This document shows positions 1 to 8,861 of a DNA stretch of 64,000 nucleotides, piece after piece. This stretch comes from Gammaproteobacteria bacterium (GTDB lineage Bacteria; Pseudomonadota; Gammaproteobacteria; SZUA-229). Position 1 is the first letter of the stretch. Each line of letters opens with the position of its first letter. Made by a program: the position numbers and the translations under genes. The notes below the pieces were generated by a model, which did no database searches, was not told where the DNA came from, and was given only the letters and a program-made list of their open reading frames with translations. The stretch lies in contig JBFHWF010000003.1 of the NCBI GenBank assembly GCA_041589175.1, forward strand, positions 6,846 through 70,845. The letters are read 5' to 3'.

Positions 1-491
1 GTGGGTATGTGGCTGGGAAAGCGAACGTGTAATGTACTCAGGACGCTACCATCCTGTGCGTAACTGTCGTCACCCTGATGACATTCGAAACCCTTGTTGT
101 TGAAAATGTAGGGGCTGCAACTTGAGTTCCACAGGGCATAGCCCAGGAAATAGATCATATCCAGATGATCCCAGTGGAGTCGGGGTTTGGATTTGAGGTC
201 TCGGGCATCCTGGAAGTTGCGTTCGGTATAAATCTGGTCATTGGTATTGTAGATATAAACATCGTAGCCATCGAAAATGCCGGTGTGGCCTTCTTCCGGA
301 AAGTTGTGAAAACTGACATAGGGGCGATCGGTGAAAACATTGGCGACGATACCGGACAGCCAGGGTGACTTGAAGCGGGTGATGAGCACAGGGCCAAAAA
401 TATCCAGTTGTAGCTCTATTGATTCAACCCGCCGCCACAGGTCGAGACCGCCATGGGCATTGCATATGCGGTTGATGAGGTCTTCAGTCAT
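1..491 (-). CDS. Hypothetical protein, 5'-partial in window. The N-terminal 163 aa (MTEDLINRICNAHGGLDLWRRV...) run off the window start. Transcribed divergently from the TetR regulator.
   Basis: Hand translation of the reverse complement from the ATG at 489-491 gives an uninterrupted frame to position 1. The ORF track omits it because no stop lies inside the window. No recognisable family. Confidence 0.45.
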   Translation of the reverse strand, partial: MTEDLINRICNAHGGLDLWRRVESIELQLDIFGPVLITRFKSPWLSGIVANVFTDRPYVSFHNFPEEGHTGIFDGYDVYIYNTNDQIYTERNFQDARDLKSKPRLHWDHLDMIYFLGYALWNSSCSPYIFNNKGFECHQGDDSYAQDGSVLSTLHVRFPSHIP

Positions 492-553
492 GGGGATACC
501 CTCCTGGTTAAGGTCGCCGCCGCTTGTCGTTATATAGGTCATTATTGCGGGTC

Positions 554-580
554 AAGCATGTGGACACTGTCCACATGCTT
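554..580. promoter_or_regulatory. 27-bp perfect palindrome (AAGCATGTGGACA-C-TGTCCACATGCTT) in the divergent promoter region. Candidate TetR operator.
   Basis: Read directly: 13-bp arms are exact reverse complements around a central C. Located between the divergent starts at 491 (-) and 666 (+). TetR-family repressors typically bind palindromes in their own divergent intergenic region. Confidence 0.5.
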
Positions 581-665
581 GAATTTAATGATAGACTGCA
601 GAATTGTCAATCAAAAACCATATAACGCGGTGTTAGATGTTGTGGTAAGTGCATGACGAGGGGAT

Positions 666-1316
666 ATGCAAGAAAGTCGTTATCATCATGGTGATCTGAG
701 AAATGCGCTGGTCAGTAAGGGTACCGAGTTCCTGAATGCCCGTGGCCTGGCGGGTATCAGTCTGCGGGAGATAGCCCGCGATCTCGGAGTTGGTCACAAT
801 GCCCCTTACCGGCACTTTCGTAACAAACAGCAACTGCTCGAGGCCATTGCTGAGGCCGGATTTCGTCAGCTGGCTGGAAAAAATACACGCCTGGAGCTGG
901 AATATGCCCATAACCCCGAAGCCCAGTTATTCGAAAGTGCCATGCATGTGGTGCAAACAGCGGCTGAACAGCCCAACCTGTACGAACTGATGTTCACCGG
1001 GCATCTGCAGTCAGGAGCCTGTGGAGAAGCGTTGCAACAGGCGGCAGATAGTGCCATGCAGAGCCTGGTGCGTATTATCAGGAATGGCCAGAAGCTGGGC
1101 GTTTTCCGTGCTGGTGATGCGCTGACACAGGCATTGAGTGCCATGGCTCTGATCCAGGGCTGCTCTATGATGATCGCCACGGGTAAAATTCGTCCTCAGC
1201 TATCAGTGGCTAATGCTCCGGTAGACTGGCCTGCACACACCAACCTGTTGCGTAGTATCGTGCTGCGGATGATGGATACCTTCTTTCAGGGGCTCAAACT
1301 CCCCCAGGATGGCTAG
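666..1316 (+). CDS. TetR/AcrR family transcriptional regulator
   Basis: N-terminal HTH signature 'HHGDLRNALVSKGTEFLNARGLAGISLREIARDLGVGHNAPYRHFRNKQQLLEAI' is typical of TetR_N. 216 aa with an all-helical C-terminal ligand domain. Confidence 0.85.
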   Translation: MQESRYHHGDLRNALVSKGTEFLNARGLAGISLREIARDLGVGHNAPYRHFRNKQQLLEAIAEAGFRQLAGKNTRLELEYAHNPEAQLFESAMHVVQTAAEQPNLYELMFTGHLQSGACGEALQQAADSAMQSLVRIIRNGQKLGVFRAGDALTQALSAMALIQGCSMMIATGKIRPQLSVANAPVDWPAHTNLLRSIVLRMMDTFFQGLKLPQDG

Positions 1317-1353
1317 TCAATTGCAGTGCTCGGCTATGCTATAATGCGCGTTT

Positions 1354-1761
1354 TTGCAGCGATCAGGTGTTTTGCCCGTGTCTTTAGAGCTATTGTCCAT
1401 TGTTGAGCTTGGTGGCTATCCCAATTTTGCGCCCCTGTATCAGCGCAAAGGATTTGCGGTTGAGCAGGTTGATAGCATGCGCAAGGCAAGCAAACTGTTG
1501 AAAAAACTAAGTCCGAAGGTGGTTGTGGCGGAATTTAACTTTCAGTCGGATTTTCGAGATCGCACCAGTAGCCTGGAAACGTTGATGGCAACGGTACAGA
1601 GAATCCCTGACTGTCGTGTCATCGTGTTCTATGAAAAGGAACAGCAGCCACAGCTACAGCGCCTGTTAGATGTATTCGAGGTATTTGCAACCGTGCCTTT
1701 CCCGATAGATGAAGATGTATTAGCTGGCCTGCTAGATCAGGTCGTGGAGCAGGCAGCATGA
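1354..1761 (+). CDS. Hypothetical acidic protein. First gene of a 3-gene operon downstream of the TetR regulator.
   Basis: 135-aa ORF. Its stop overlaps the next start (ATGA at 1758-1761). No recognisable domain. Confidence 0.5.
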   Translation: MQRSGVLPVSLELLSIVELGGYPNFAPLYQRKGFAVEQVDSMRKASKLLKKLSPKVVVAEFNFQSDFRDRTSSLETLMATVQRIPDCRVIVFYEKEQQPQLQRLLDVFEVFATVPFPIDEDVLAGLLDQVVEQAA

Positions 1762-2444
1762 GCCTTGATGGATTATTCTCACCCCGCGCTGGAAGACGTG
1801 AGCGCATGTTGAAGCGCCAGTACCAGAATCCGCTCTTTGGCGATATGCAGATTGAGCCCTTCGATATCCAGGATGCAAGACGTCAGGATGCGGAAGATGT
1901 TGAAGCCTTTATTGGTGAGTTTCGTGGGCTGGTCGAACAGGTAACCCAGCTCAAACCCAATGCGGATGTTGAAGATGTGCTGTCTCTTAAGGAGCAGCTG
2001 GATAAAGCTTACGAAACCAGTGCCGGGCTTGCCGGAGATCAGGACGAGCTGCGGCAGATGATCATACGTCTGCTAGGCCTGCTGATGCAGGGCATGTGGA
2101 AGGCCGTGGGCAATGATGCACAGGGTATTTCCAAGCTGGAGATGGAAGAGCAGGCCCGGCAGGCACACTTTAGCCTGCTGCAGAAACCTTTTATTGCTGA
2201 CCTGTTGTCGCCGGAGAGCCTGATTGATGAAACTCGCCTGGTGCCCAGTCTGCTGAGTGAAGATGCGGAAAGCGTTGCGCTGGCAGTGCAGCTGTTCGAG
2301 CCCGAACAGCAACAGCTAATATACCAGCAGGGGCTGGAGCTGCTGGATTCACTGGATGCGCAGCACCCGCGGGTCGCCGAAGCGCGTCAGCGACTGGATG
2401 AAATTGCCATGCTGATGGAGAGTGCGAACCGGCAGCCAGGCTGA
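1758..2444 (+). CDS. Hypothetical acidic protein (228 aa)
   Basis: Long ORF with coherent codon usage, translationally coupled to the upstream ORF. Predicted helical. No family recognised. Confidence 0.55.
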   Translation: MSLDGLFSPRAGRRERMLKRQYQNPLFGDMQIEPFDIQDARRQDAEDVEAFIGEFRGLVEQVTQLKPNADVEDVLSLKEQLDKAYETSAGLAGDQDELRQMIIRLLGLLMQGMWKAVGNDAQGISKLEMEEQARQAHFSLLQKPFIADLLSPESLIDETRLVPSLLSEDAESVALAVQLFEPEQQQLIYQQGLELLDSLDAQHPRVAEARQRLDEIAMLMESANRQPG

Positions 2445-2536
2445 TATACCACTGTATTTGTATGTTGAAGTGGGGTAGGAAAATCGTGTACAAAGCCCCA
2501 CATTATCGAAAGTTTAAGATGATCGAGTAAAAGAAC

Positions 2537-3244
2537 ATGAGTAAAGACCCAGGATTAAGACCCGAGCAGGGTGTGCTAGATACCTCGACCGATGAGGAGG
2601 CAAAGGCCTTTCTACAGGAGCAGCTGCGCAATTTGCAGTTCGACCTGTCCATGGTTGGTAAAGATGATGAGCCGGGTAAGGCTGCAAAGATTCGCCTTGA
2701 TATGTCTAATGCCCTGTTGGGCCTGGAGCAGAATGAGTCTGCCTGGAATGAAGCGCGTCAGGCGTTTGATGATTTTATAGGCATCAGGGACTGGGCCAGC
2801 GCGATAGAAGCCTGTGACATTATGTACCAGACAGAACAGCCATCCTCTATTCTGGCGCTCGCGCATGGAGTCTGGCTATCAGTGACCTATCCGGTTGACC
2901 CGGAATACACCATCAATATGCTGAATTATGTGATTGATGAAACACCAAATGATTCGGATGGCGCAGCGGTGGCAGCGGCTACGGCGCACTACATTGTGGG
3001 TATTCGAGCCGATGACGAAAAGCATGACAGCCTGGCATTCCTTACGACGAATATGATCACCAAGGTTGCCCAGCGCCATTCCGATGTGAAGAGCCAGGAT
3101 ACGCTTGATTTCTGGATGGAGAAAATGGAGCTGAATAACCCGGAAAAGTTCCTGCCCCGTATGAGTACGGTGGTGGATGCGATCGCCAATGGACGCTGGT
3201 GGATCGACCGTGATGCGCTGCGGGAGGAGCTGCCGACGCAGTAA
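2537..3244 (+). CDS. Hypothetical acidic protein (235 aa)
   Basis: Long ORF, same strand as the two upstream genes, followed by a strong hairpin terminator. No family recognised. Confidence 0.55.
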   Translation: MSKDPGLRPEQGVLDTSTDEEAKAFLQEQLRNLQFDLSMVGKDDEPGKAAKIRLDMSNALLGLEQNESAWNEARQAFDDFIGIRDWASAIEACDIMYQTEQPSSILALAHGVWLSVTYPVDPEYTINMLNYVIDETPNDSDGAAVAAATAHYIVGIRADDEKHDSLAFLTTNMITKVAQRHSDVKSQDTLDFWMEKMELNNPEKFLPRMSTVVDAIANGRWWIDRDALREELPTQ

Positions 3245-3254
3245 GTTCAGGTGT

Positions 3255-3278
3255 TGCGCTCACCAGAGGGGTGAGCGC
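3255..3278. terminator. Bidirectional hairpin terminator between convergent genes
   Basis: TGCGCTCACC-AGAG-GGTGAGCGCA forms a perfect 10-bp stem with a 4-nt loop, followed by GGCTTTATT. Confidence 0.5.
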
Positions 3279-3286
3279 AGGCTTTA

Positions 3287-3577
3287 TTACTTGTCGTCGT
3301 CGGATGACTTGAGGCCATGCAGTTTGACAACATTTGCCTTGGGCGTATCGCCTTTATATACCGGGCGATGCAGGCTGGGCTTACCAAGGGCTTCGCAGAT
3401 TTCCTTCTCTCGTGCAGAAATCAGGATAAAGCTCTGGCGAACGTCTTCCATGGTGCCTTCGCTCAGCGGGTGGCGCATGCCGGGATCAGGTGTTATTTCT
3501 CGAACGACGCTTGATAATACCTTGCGCAGGGTTACCAGGATATCGAGCTCTTTTTTCAGTTCTGTTTCCGAAGTCAT
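3287..3577 (-). CDS. Hypothetical small protein (96 aa)
   Basis: ORF 'MTSETELKKELDILVTLRKVLSSVVREITPDPG...'. It converges on the terminator at 3255-3278. Family not recognised. Confidence 0.5.
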   Translation of the reverse strand: MTSETELKKELDILVTLRKVLSSVVREITPDPGMRHPLSEGTMEDVRQSFILISAREKEICEALGKPSLHRPVYKGDTPKANVVKLHGLKSSDDDK

Positions 3578-3659
3578 GTGAAAACCAGTCTTTCATGTTG
3601 TCTACAAGGTCGCCAATTATACCTGTTTCTGTTGAATAATTTACCGCAATATTCGTGTT

Positions 3660-3668
3660 TGATATAAT
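3660..3668 (+). promoter_or_regulatory. Candidate extended -10 element (TGaTATAAT) about 37 nt upstream of the ORF at 3705
   Basis: Read directly from the sequence. No clear -35 element, as expected for extended -10 promoters. Confidence 0.3.
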
Positions 3669-3704
3669 ACCCGACCAATTTACTAAGTTTTTGTGAGTTA
3701 GAAC

Positions 3705-3944
3705 ATGCCTTACTACGTATTCAAAGTACAAACCGCCGAATTTGCCATGCTAAAGCAGCTGGAGTTGATGAAGGAGTTCGAGAAGTTCAAGGAGGCCAAG
3801 AACTTTGCACGTGACCAGCGGGCGGAAATGGCTGAAGGTGACAGTGCCGAAATCAAGGTGATCTTTGCCGATAATCAGCTGGCAGCTGAAGAGATGTTGA
3901 TGGAAAAACGTGAAAAGCCGATTGTTATGGAGCACGAGAAGTAA
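3705..3944 (+). CDS. Hypothetical small protein (79 aa, charged/helical)
   Basis: ORF 'MPYYVFKVQTAEFAMLKQLELMKEFEKFKEAKNF...'. A further same-strand ORF follows 10 nt downstream. Confidence 0.45.
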   Translation: MPYYVFKVQTAEFAMLKQLELMKEFEKFKEAKNFARDQRAEMAEGDSAEIKVIFADNQLAAEEMLMEKREKPIVMEHEK

Positions 3945-3953
3945 AATCGTTCC

Positions 3954-4409
3954 ATGGATGAAGATAGTTACAAACAGGCCTATGAGCGTATCAATACGGC
4001 GCCCTGTGTTTTTGAAAAAGGCATCCTTTCGCAGAAATGTCACTGTGCTTATCAGCAGGTCTTCAGGTTAGCAGACCGTCATGGGGTTGCTTGCCAGGAT
4101 GCGCTGCGCCAGCAGCACTGTGCGGTGTTTCTTGATCACCTGCGTCAGCAGACTCGATTTATCTTCAAGATTGATATTGATGGACCATTGCCGCATAACA
4201 AGGAAATCAAAGTACAAAATGGCGGTATGCTGGGTATGCAAAAGTTAATGCTGGAGGATGCCAGTAGTGAAGAGGTGGAAGACATTGCCGCCCTCATTCA
4301 GCGAGCAATCCAGTTGTATGGTGATATCAGACAGGTTCCCTATAACCTGATCATGCCCAGTGTGACTCAGTACCAGACGCGTCCCAAGCGGGGGCGAAAT
4401 CGTCGATAA
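3954..4409 (+). CDS. Hypothetical protein (151 aa) with several Cys/His in its N-terminal half and a basic C-terminus
   Basis: ORF with C/H-rich segment 'CVFEKGILSQKCHCAYQQVF...HGVACQ...QQHCAVF' and a basic tail 'RPKRGRNRR'. No family recognised. Confidence 0.45.
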   Translation: MDEDSYKQAYERINTAPCVFEKGILSQKCHCAYQQVFRLADRHGVACQDALRQQHCAVFLDHLRQQTRFIFKIDIDGPLPHNKEIKVQNGGMLGMQKLMLEDASSEEVEDIAALIQRAIQLYGDIRQVPYNLIMPSVTQYQTRPKRGRNRR

Positions 4410-4497
4410 GACCTGAAAATTCAAGGTCTTCCATCCTCATTCGTATGAAATTTTTGTTATAGTTAAAGATCCGGCGTGAGCGCTCACACCGGGGATT

Positions 4498-4854
4498 ATG
4501 AGTCTAATTTCATTGCGAGAGAGTGTTATGCGTCGAGCAAAAACCGTAGAAGAATATGTCGCGCTCATCCAGGATGCGCTATACGAAGTTTCTGAAGTGA
4601 GAGCGGCCATTGAATTCGATGAGGAAGGTATGGGTGAGGCGCCAAAATACATCGATGATATTGAGGATGTTCTCAACACAATCTATAACCAGATGAAAAC
4701 CGGTGACTATTGCTGGAATACGGGTGACCTTCCCTACATCCCGATTATCCGGGAGCTGGATGATGGTGTGATACCTTTCCGTCCTTTGCTGATTCGCATA
4801 AACGACACCCATAAAAATGGTCTTGAGCCGGAAACACCGGAAGGGCAAGAGTAG
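4498..4854 (+). CDS. Hypothetical protein (118 aa; start may be the internal Met at 4528)
   Basis: ORF immediately upstream of the Nudix gene, 4 nt from its start. No family recognised. Confidence 0.45.
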   Translation: MSLISLRESVMRRAKTVEEYVALIQDALYEVSEVRAAIEFDEEGMGEAPKYIDDIEDVLNTIYNQMKTGDYCWNTGDLPYIPIIRELDDGVIPFRPLLIRINDTHKNGLEPETPEGQE

Positions 4855-4857
4855 CCT

Positions 4858-5424
4858 ATGGATCACCCAGACGAAAACCCCTGGAAAACACTCAGTACCA
4901 AACCGATATATAACAATGCCTGGATCAAGCTTGAAGAACACCAGGTTATTAATCCGGGTGGTAAACCCGGAATCTATGGCAAGGTGAGTTTTAAAAATGA
5001 TGCAGTGGGTGTGATTCCCGTTGATGACGAGGGTAATACCTGGCTGGTCGGGCAGTTTCGCTATACGCTCAATGCGTGGTCGTGGGAGATTCCGATGGGA
5101 GGTTCGCCAAGGCATGAAGATCCATTAGCAACAGCGTATCGAGAGCTGGAAGAAGAAACCGGACTGAAAGCTGGCAGTATGCAGCAGCTACTCTATTTGC
5201 ATACCAGCAACTCCATCACAGATGAGCAGGCGTTTCTGTATCTGGCAACACAGTTGAGTCCAGGGGTGCAGCAGCTTGAAGATAGTGAAAGTGATATTCA
5301 GCTTAGAAAGCTTCCCCTTGATGATGCAGTAATGATGGCGCAGAGCGGGGAAATCACAGATGCACTGAGTGTGGCCGGTCTTTATCATCTGGCGCTGAAC
5401 CGACAGCGTTATAACATAGCCTGA
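4858..5424 (+). CDS. NUDIX hydrolase, ADP-ribose/NDP-sugar pyrophosphatase-like
   Basis: Canonical Nudix box 'GGSPRHEDPLATAYRELEEETGL' matching GX5EX7REUXEEXGU. Confidence 0.8.
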   Translation: MDHPDENPWKTLSTKPIYNNAWIKLEEHQVINPGGKPGIYGKVSFKNDAVGVIPVDDEGNTWLVGQFRYTLNAWSWEIPMGGSPRHEDPLATAYRELEEETGLKAGSMQQLLYLHTSNSITDEQAFLYLATQLSPGVQQLEDSESDIQLRKLPLDDAVMMAQSGEITDALSVAGLYHLALNRQRYNIA

Positions 5425-5443
5425 CGTACACAGGGAGGCGATT

Positions 5444-5878
5444 ATGCCGCAGGGCTCAGAGAATGATCGTGTGCCTGTCGGTGTTGCTACCCTGGTATTT
5501 CATCAGGGAAACCTGTTGCTGGGTAAGCGCTATGAACAGAATCAGTTCGTGGGGTGGCAATGTCCAGGTGGATTCATGCAGCAAGGTGAGTCGCCAGAGC
5601 AGGCATGCCGTCGAACCTGTATGGACAGGGCGGGTATTCGTATCAGTCAGTTAACGGCAGGCCCATTTAGTAATAATGTGTTTCACCAGGCTGCCACGGT
5701 GCCACATAGTGTGACACTATATTTTACAGCTATGTTTGATGAAGTTCTGGATACAACACGTTTTACAGATTCACAGGTGGCCTGGCAGTGGTTTGAATTG
5801 CAGCATATACCCGGTGAACTTTTCCTGCCGCTACAACAGCTAGTGGAAAACACTAAACTGCAACGTCTGAAGCCCTGA
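5444..5878 (+). CDS. NUDIX (MutT-like) hydrolase with a degenerate Nudix box
   Basis: 'GKRYEQNQFVGWQCPGGFMQQGESPEQACRRTCMDRAGI' has Nudix-fold spacing but the REx2EE glutamates are partly replaced. Confidence 0.6.
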   Translation: MPQGSENDRVPVGVATLVFHQGNLLLGKRYEQNQFVGWQCPGGFMQQGESPEQACRRTCMDRAGIRISQLTAGPFSNNVFHQAATVPHSVTLYFTAMFDEVLDTTRFTDSQVAWQWFELQHIPGELFLPLQQLVENTKLQRLKP

Positions 5879-5965
5879 TATACTGCTTTCATGGATGAAT
5901 TGAACTATAACTAGAACAGATAAAATAATTGGCGAGAAGCCCATAAAAAATGTTACATCAGGAAT

Positions 5966-8842
5966 ATGAGCGAACAGAATAAGCAGACAACACAGGCGCT
6001 TTCGATGCAGGAACTCTGGGATTCTTCGATGCTGGATGCGGGTAGTGCCGCATGGCTGGAAGCGCTCTATGAAACCTATCTGCATAACCCCAACGATGTC
6101 GACAGTCACTGGCGAGAATATTTCGGTACCTTGCCGCGTATCAATGGTGTGCTGCGAGACACCGTTCATGCAGATGTGCGCGAGCAGTTTCGTCGATTAA
6201 CGGAGCATCGGGGTGGTACGGTGTTGCCGCCCTCACAGTCTGCATCGGCAGCAAGTCTGGAGCATGAGCGCAAACAGGTGCGTGTATTACAGCTTATCAA
6301 TGCTTACCGTTTCCGCGGGCACCAGAAAGCAGATATTGATCCACTTGGGAGAACACACACGCAGCCGGTAGAGGATTTGTCACTGGCGAGTCATGAGCTG
6401 GGCGAGAATGATCTGCAAACGGTATTCAGTACAGGTTCTCTGTACGGTCCAGAGGAAACCACGCTAGAAGAAATACTTGAGATTGTTTCAGATAGTTACT
6501 GTGGATCAATCGGATCAGAGTACATGCATATGACCGAAACCGGAGAGAAGCGCTGGATCCAGCAGCGCATCGAAACGGTCAGAGGCAAAGCAGATATGGA
6601 TGTGCTTGCACGTACACAATTGCTACAGCGGCTCACAGCAGCAGAAGGGCTTGAAAAATATCTGCATACAAAATACGTCGGACAGAAACGTTTTTCCCTG
6701 GAAGGTGGCGAAACGTTAATACCACTGATTCATGAGGTGATACAGCGTTCGGTCAGTCATGGTGTTAAGGAAATTGTGATTGGTATGGCGCACCGTGGCC
6801 GTCTGAATGTGCTGGTTAATGTCATGGGTAAAAAACCGGCGGAACTGTTTAGTGAATTTGAGGGTACCAAGTCACATGGCGAGTACATGGGTGATGTGAA
6901 ATACCATATGGGTTTTTCATCCGATATGCGAACACCTAAAGGTGATGTTCACCTTGCACTTGCATTCAATCCTTCGCATCTGGAGATAGTTGCACCTGTT
7001 GTTGAAGGCTCGGTGCGTGCAAGGCAGGAGCGTAGAGACGATGCTGAAGGTCGTGAAGTTGTACCTATACAGATACACGGCGATGCAGCATTTGCTGGAC
7101 AGGGTGTCGTTATGGAAACCCTGCAGATGTCACAGTCCAGAGGTTACTCAACCAAGGGTAGTATACATATTGTGGTGAATAACCAGATTGGCTTCACCAC
7201 CAGTAACATACAGGACAGTCGTTCAACACATTACTGCACTGATGTAGCAAAGATGGTTGATGCGCCCATTTTTCATGTCAATGGTGATGACCCTGAAGCG
7301 GTCATGCTGGTTGCGCAGATTGCGCTCGACTATCGAATGGCGTTCAAGAAGGATGTTGTTATCGATATGATCTGTTACCGGCGGCATGGCCATAATGAGG
7401 CAGATGAGCCTTCAGCCACGCAGCCGATGATGTATCAGAAAATTCAGCAACTAAAAACCACACGTGCACTCTATGCTGACAGGCTGGTTAAGGAAAAGAT
7501 CGTTGCTGCAGAATTACCCGATGCCATGCTGGAGGATTACCGGAATGAACTGGATGCAGGGCATTGCGTGGTGCCAGAGATTTCTACCAGTGCAGATCCA
7601 TCACTGCATGCATTTCACATTAACTGGCATCCGTATATGAGCGATGTGAGTGAGCCGCTTGTTGAAACTGCAATTAATATGGAAACGGTGCGTCTGTTAT
7701 GTGAACAACTGGAACAACGGCCAAGGGGGCTTGAGCTTCATCCTCGGGTTGAAAAAATTATGCAGGACCGCCATAAAATGGCTGCCGGTGCCATGCTGTG
7801 TGACTGGGGTTTCGCAGAAACTCTGGCGTATGCCAGCCTGGTGACCGAGGGTTATGCGGTGCGCCTCTCGGGGCAGGATTCCGGCAGAGGAACATTTTTC
7901 CATCGACATGCCGTATTGCATAATCAGCAGGATGGCACATCATATATTCCGCTGCGAAATTTATCTGAAGCGCAAAGCAATTTTCTGGTGATTGATTCAC
8001 TACTCTCTGAAGCTGCTGTGCTTGCTTTTGAATATGGCTATGCCACGGCAGAGCCAGAAACACTGGTTTTATGGGAAGCACAGTTTGGTGATTTCGCTAA
8101 CAATGCCCAGGTAGTGATCGACCAGTTTATTGTTGCGGGTGAACAGAAATGGGGGCGTTTGTGTGGACTGGTCATGTTGCTTCCCCATGGATTCGAAGGG
8201 CAGGGTGCTGAGCACTCATCGGCACGACTGGAGCGATACCTGCAATTGTGCGCACAAAACAACATACAGGTGTGTGTGCCCAGTACGCCTGCTCAGATGT
8301 TTCATCTGCTAAGACGTCAGATGATACGAAAATATCGCAAGCCATTAATAATAATGACGCCAAAGAGCCTGCTGAGACATAAGCTGGCCGTGAATAGTCT
8401 TGACGATATCTGTCAGGAAAACTTTTTCACGGTTATTGATGAAACGGATGATGTGTCGGCGAAGAAGATTACACGCGTTATTATGTGTAGTGGCAAGGTG
8501 TATTATGATCTGCTGATTCAGCGAAGAGAAGCTGCGCTGGAACATGTGGCGATTATACGAATAGAAGAACTGTACCCATTTCCAGCTGATGCATTGAATA
8601 GTGTATTACAGAAATATAGCAAGGCAGAAGAATTGATCTGGTGCCAGGAAGAACCTAAAAACCAGGGTGCATGGGATTACTTTGAACCGCGTTTTGCAGC
8701 CAAGCTGGATCACCCCTGCATGGTTGAGTATGTTGGGCGCGAACCATCAGCAGCACCCGCTGTAGGCTCTGCTAAAGTGCATGCGCAGCAGCAGAAACGA
8801 CTGGTTAAACAGGCCCTGTTTGGCAAATCAGATAAAAAATAA
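5966..8842 (+). CDS. sucA: 2-oxoglutarate dehydrogenase E1 component
   Basis: 958 aa. Conserved E1o blocks 'AHRGRLNVLVNVMGKKPAELFSEFEG' and 'GDAAFAGQGVV', and a TPP-binding region. Followed by the E2 and E3 genes. Confidence 0.95.
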   Translation: MSEQNKQTTQALSMQELWDSSMLDAGSAAWLEALYETYLHNPNDVDSHWREYFGTLPRINGVLRDTVHADVREQFRRLTEHRGGTVLPPSQSASAASLEHERKQVRVLQLINAYRFRGHQKADIDPLGRTHTQPVEDLSLASHELGENDLQTVFSTGSLYGPEETTLEEILEIVSDSYCGSIGSEYMHMTETGEKRWIQQRIETVRGKADMDVLARTQLLQRLTAAEGLEKYLHTKYVGQKRFSLEGGETLIPLIHEVIQRSVSHGVKEIVIGMAHRGRLNVLVNVMGKKPAELFSEFEGTKSHGEYMGDVKYHMGFSSDMRTPKGDVHLALAFNPSHLEIVAPVVEGSVRARQERRDDAEGREVVPIQIHGDAAFAGQGVVMETLQMSQSRGYSTKGSIHIVVNNQIGFTTSNIQDSRSTHYCTDVAKMVDAPIFHVNGDDPEAVMLVAQIALDYRMAFKKDVVIDMICYRRHGHNEADEPSATQPMMYQKIQQLKTTRALYADRLVKEKIVAAELPDAMLEDYRNELDAGHCVVPEISTSADPSLHAFHINWHPYMSDVSEPLVETAINMETVRLLCEQLEQRPRGLELHPRVEKIMQDRHKMAAGAMLCDWGFAETLAYASLVTEGYAVRLSGQDSGRGTFFHRHAVLHNQQDGTSYIPLRNLSEAQSNFLVIDSLLSEAAVLAFEYGYATAEPETLVLWEAQFGDFANNAQVVIDQFIVAGEQKWGRLCGLVMLLPHGFEGQGAEHSSARLERYLQLCAQNNIQVCVPSTPAQMFHLLRRQMIRKYRKPLIIMTPKSLLRHKLAVNSLDDICQENFFTVIDETDDVSAKKITRVIMCSGKVYYDLLIQRREAALEHVAIIRIEELYPFPADALNSVLQKYSKAEELIWCQEEPKNQGAWDYFEPRFAAKLDHPCMVEYVGREPSAAPAVGSAKVHAQQQKRLVKQALFGKSDKK

Positions 8843-8861
8843 AGACAGGTAGGACAATCGC

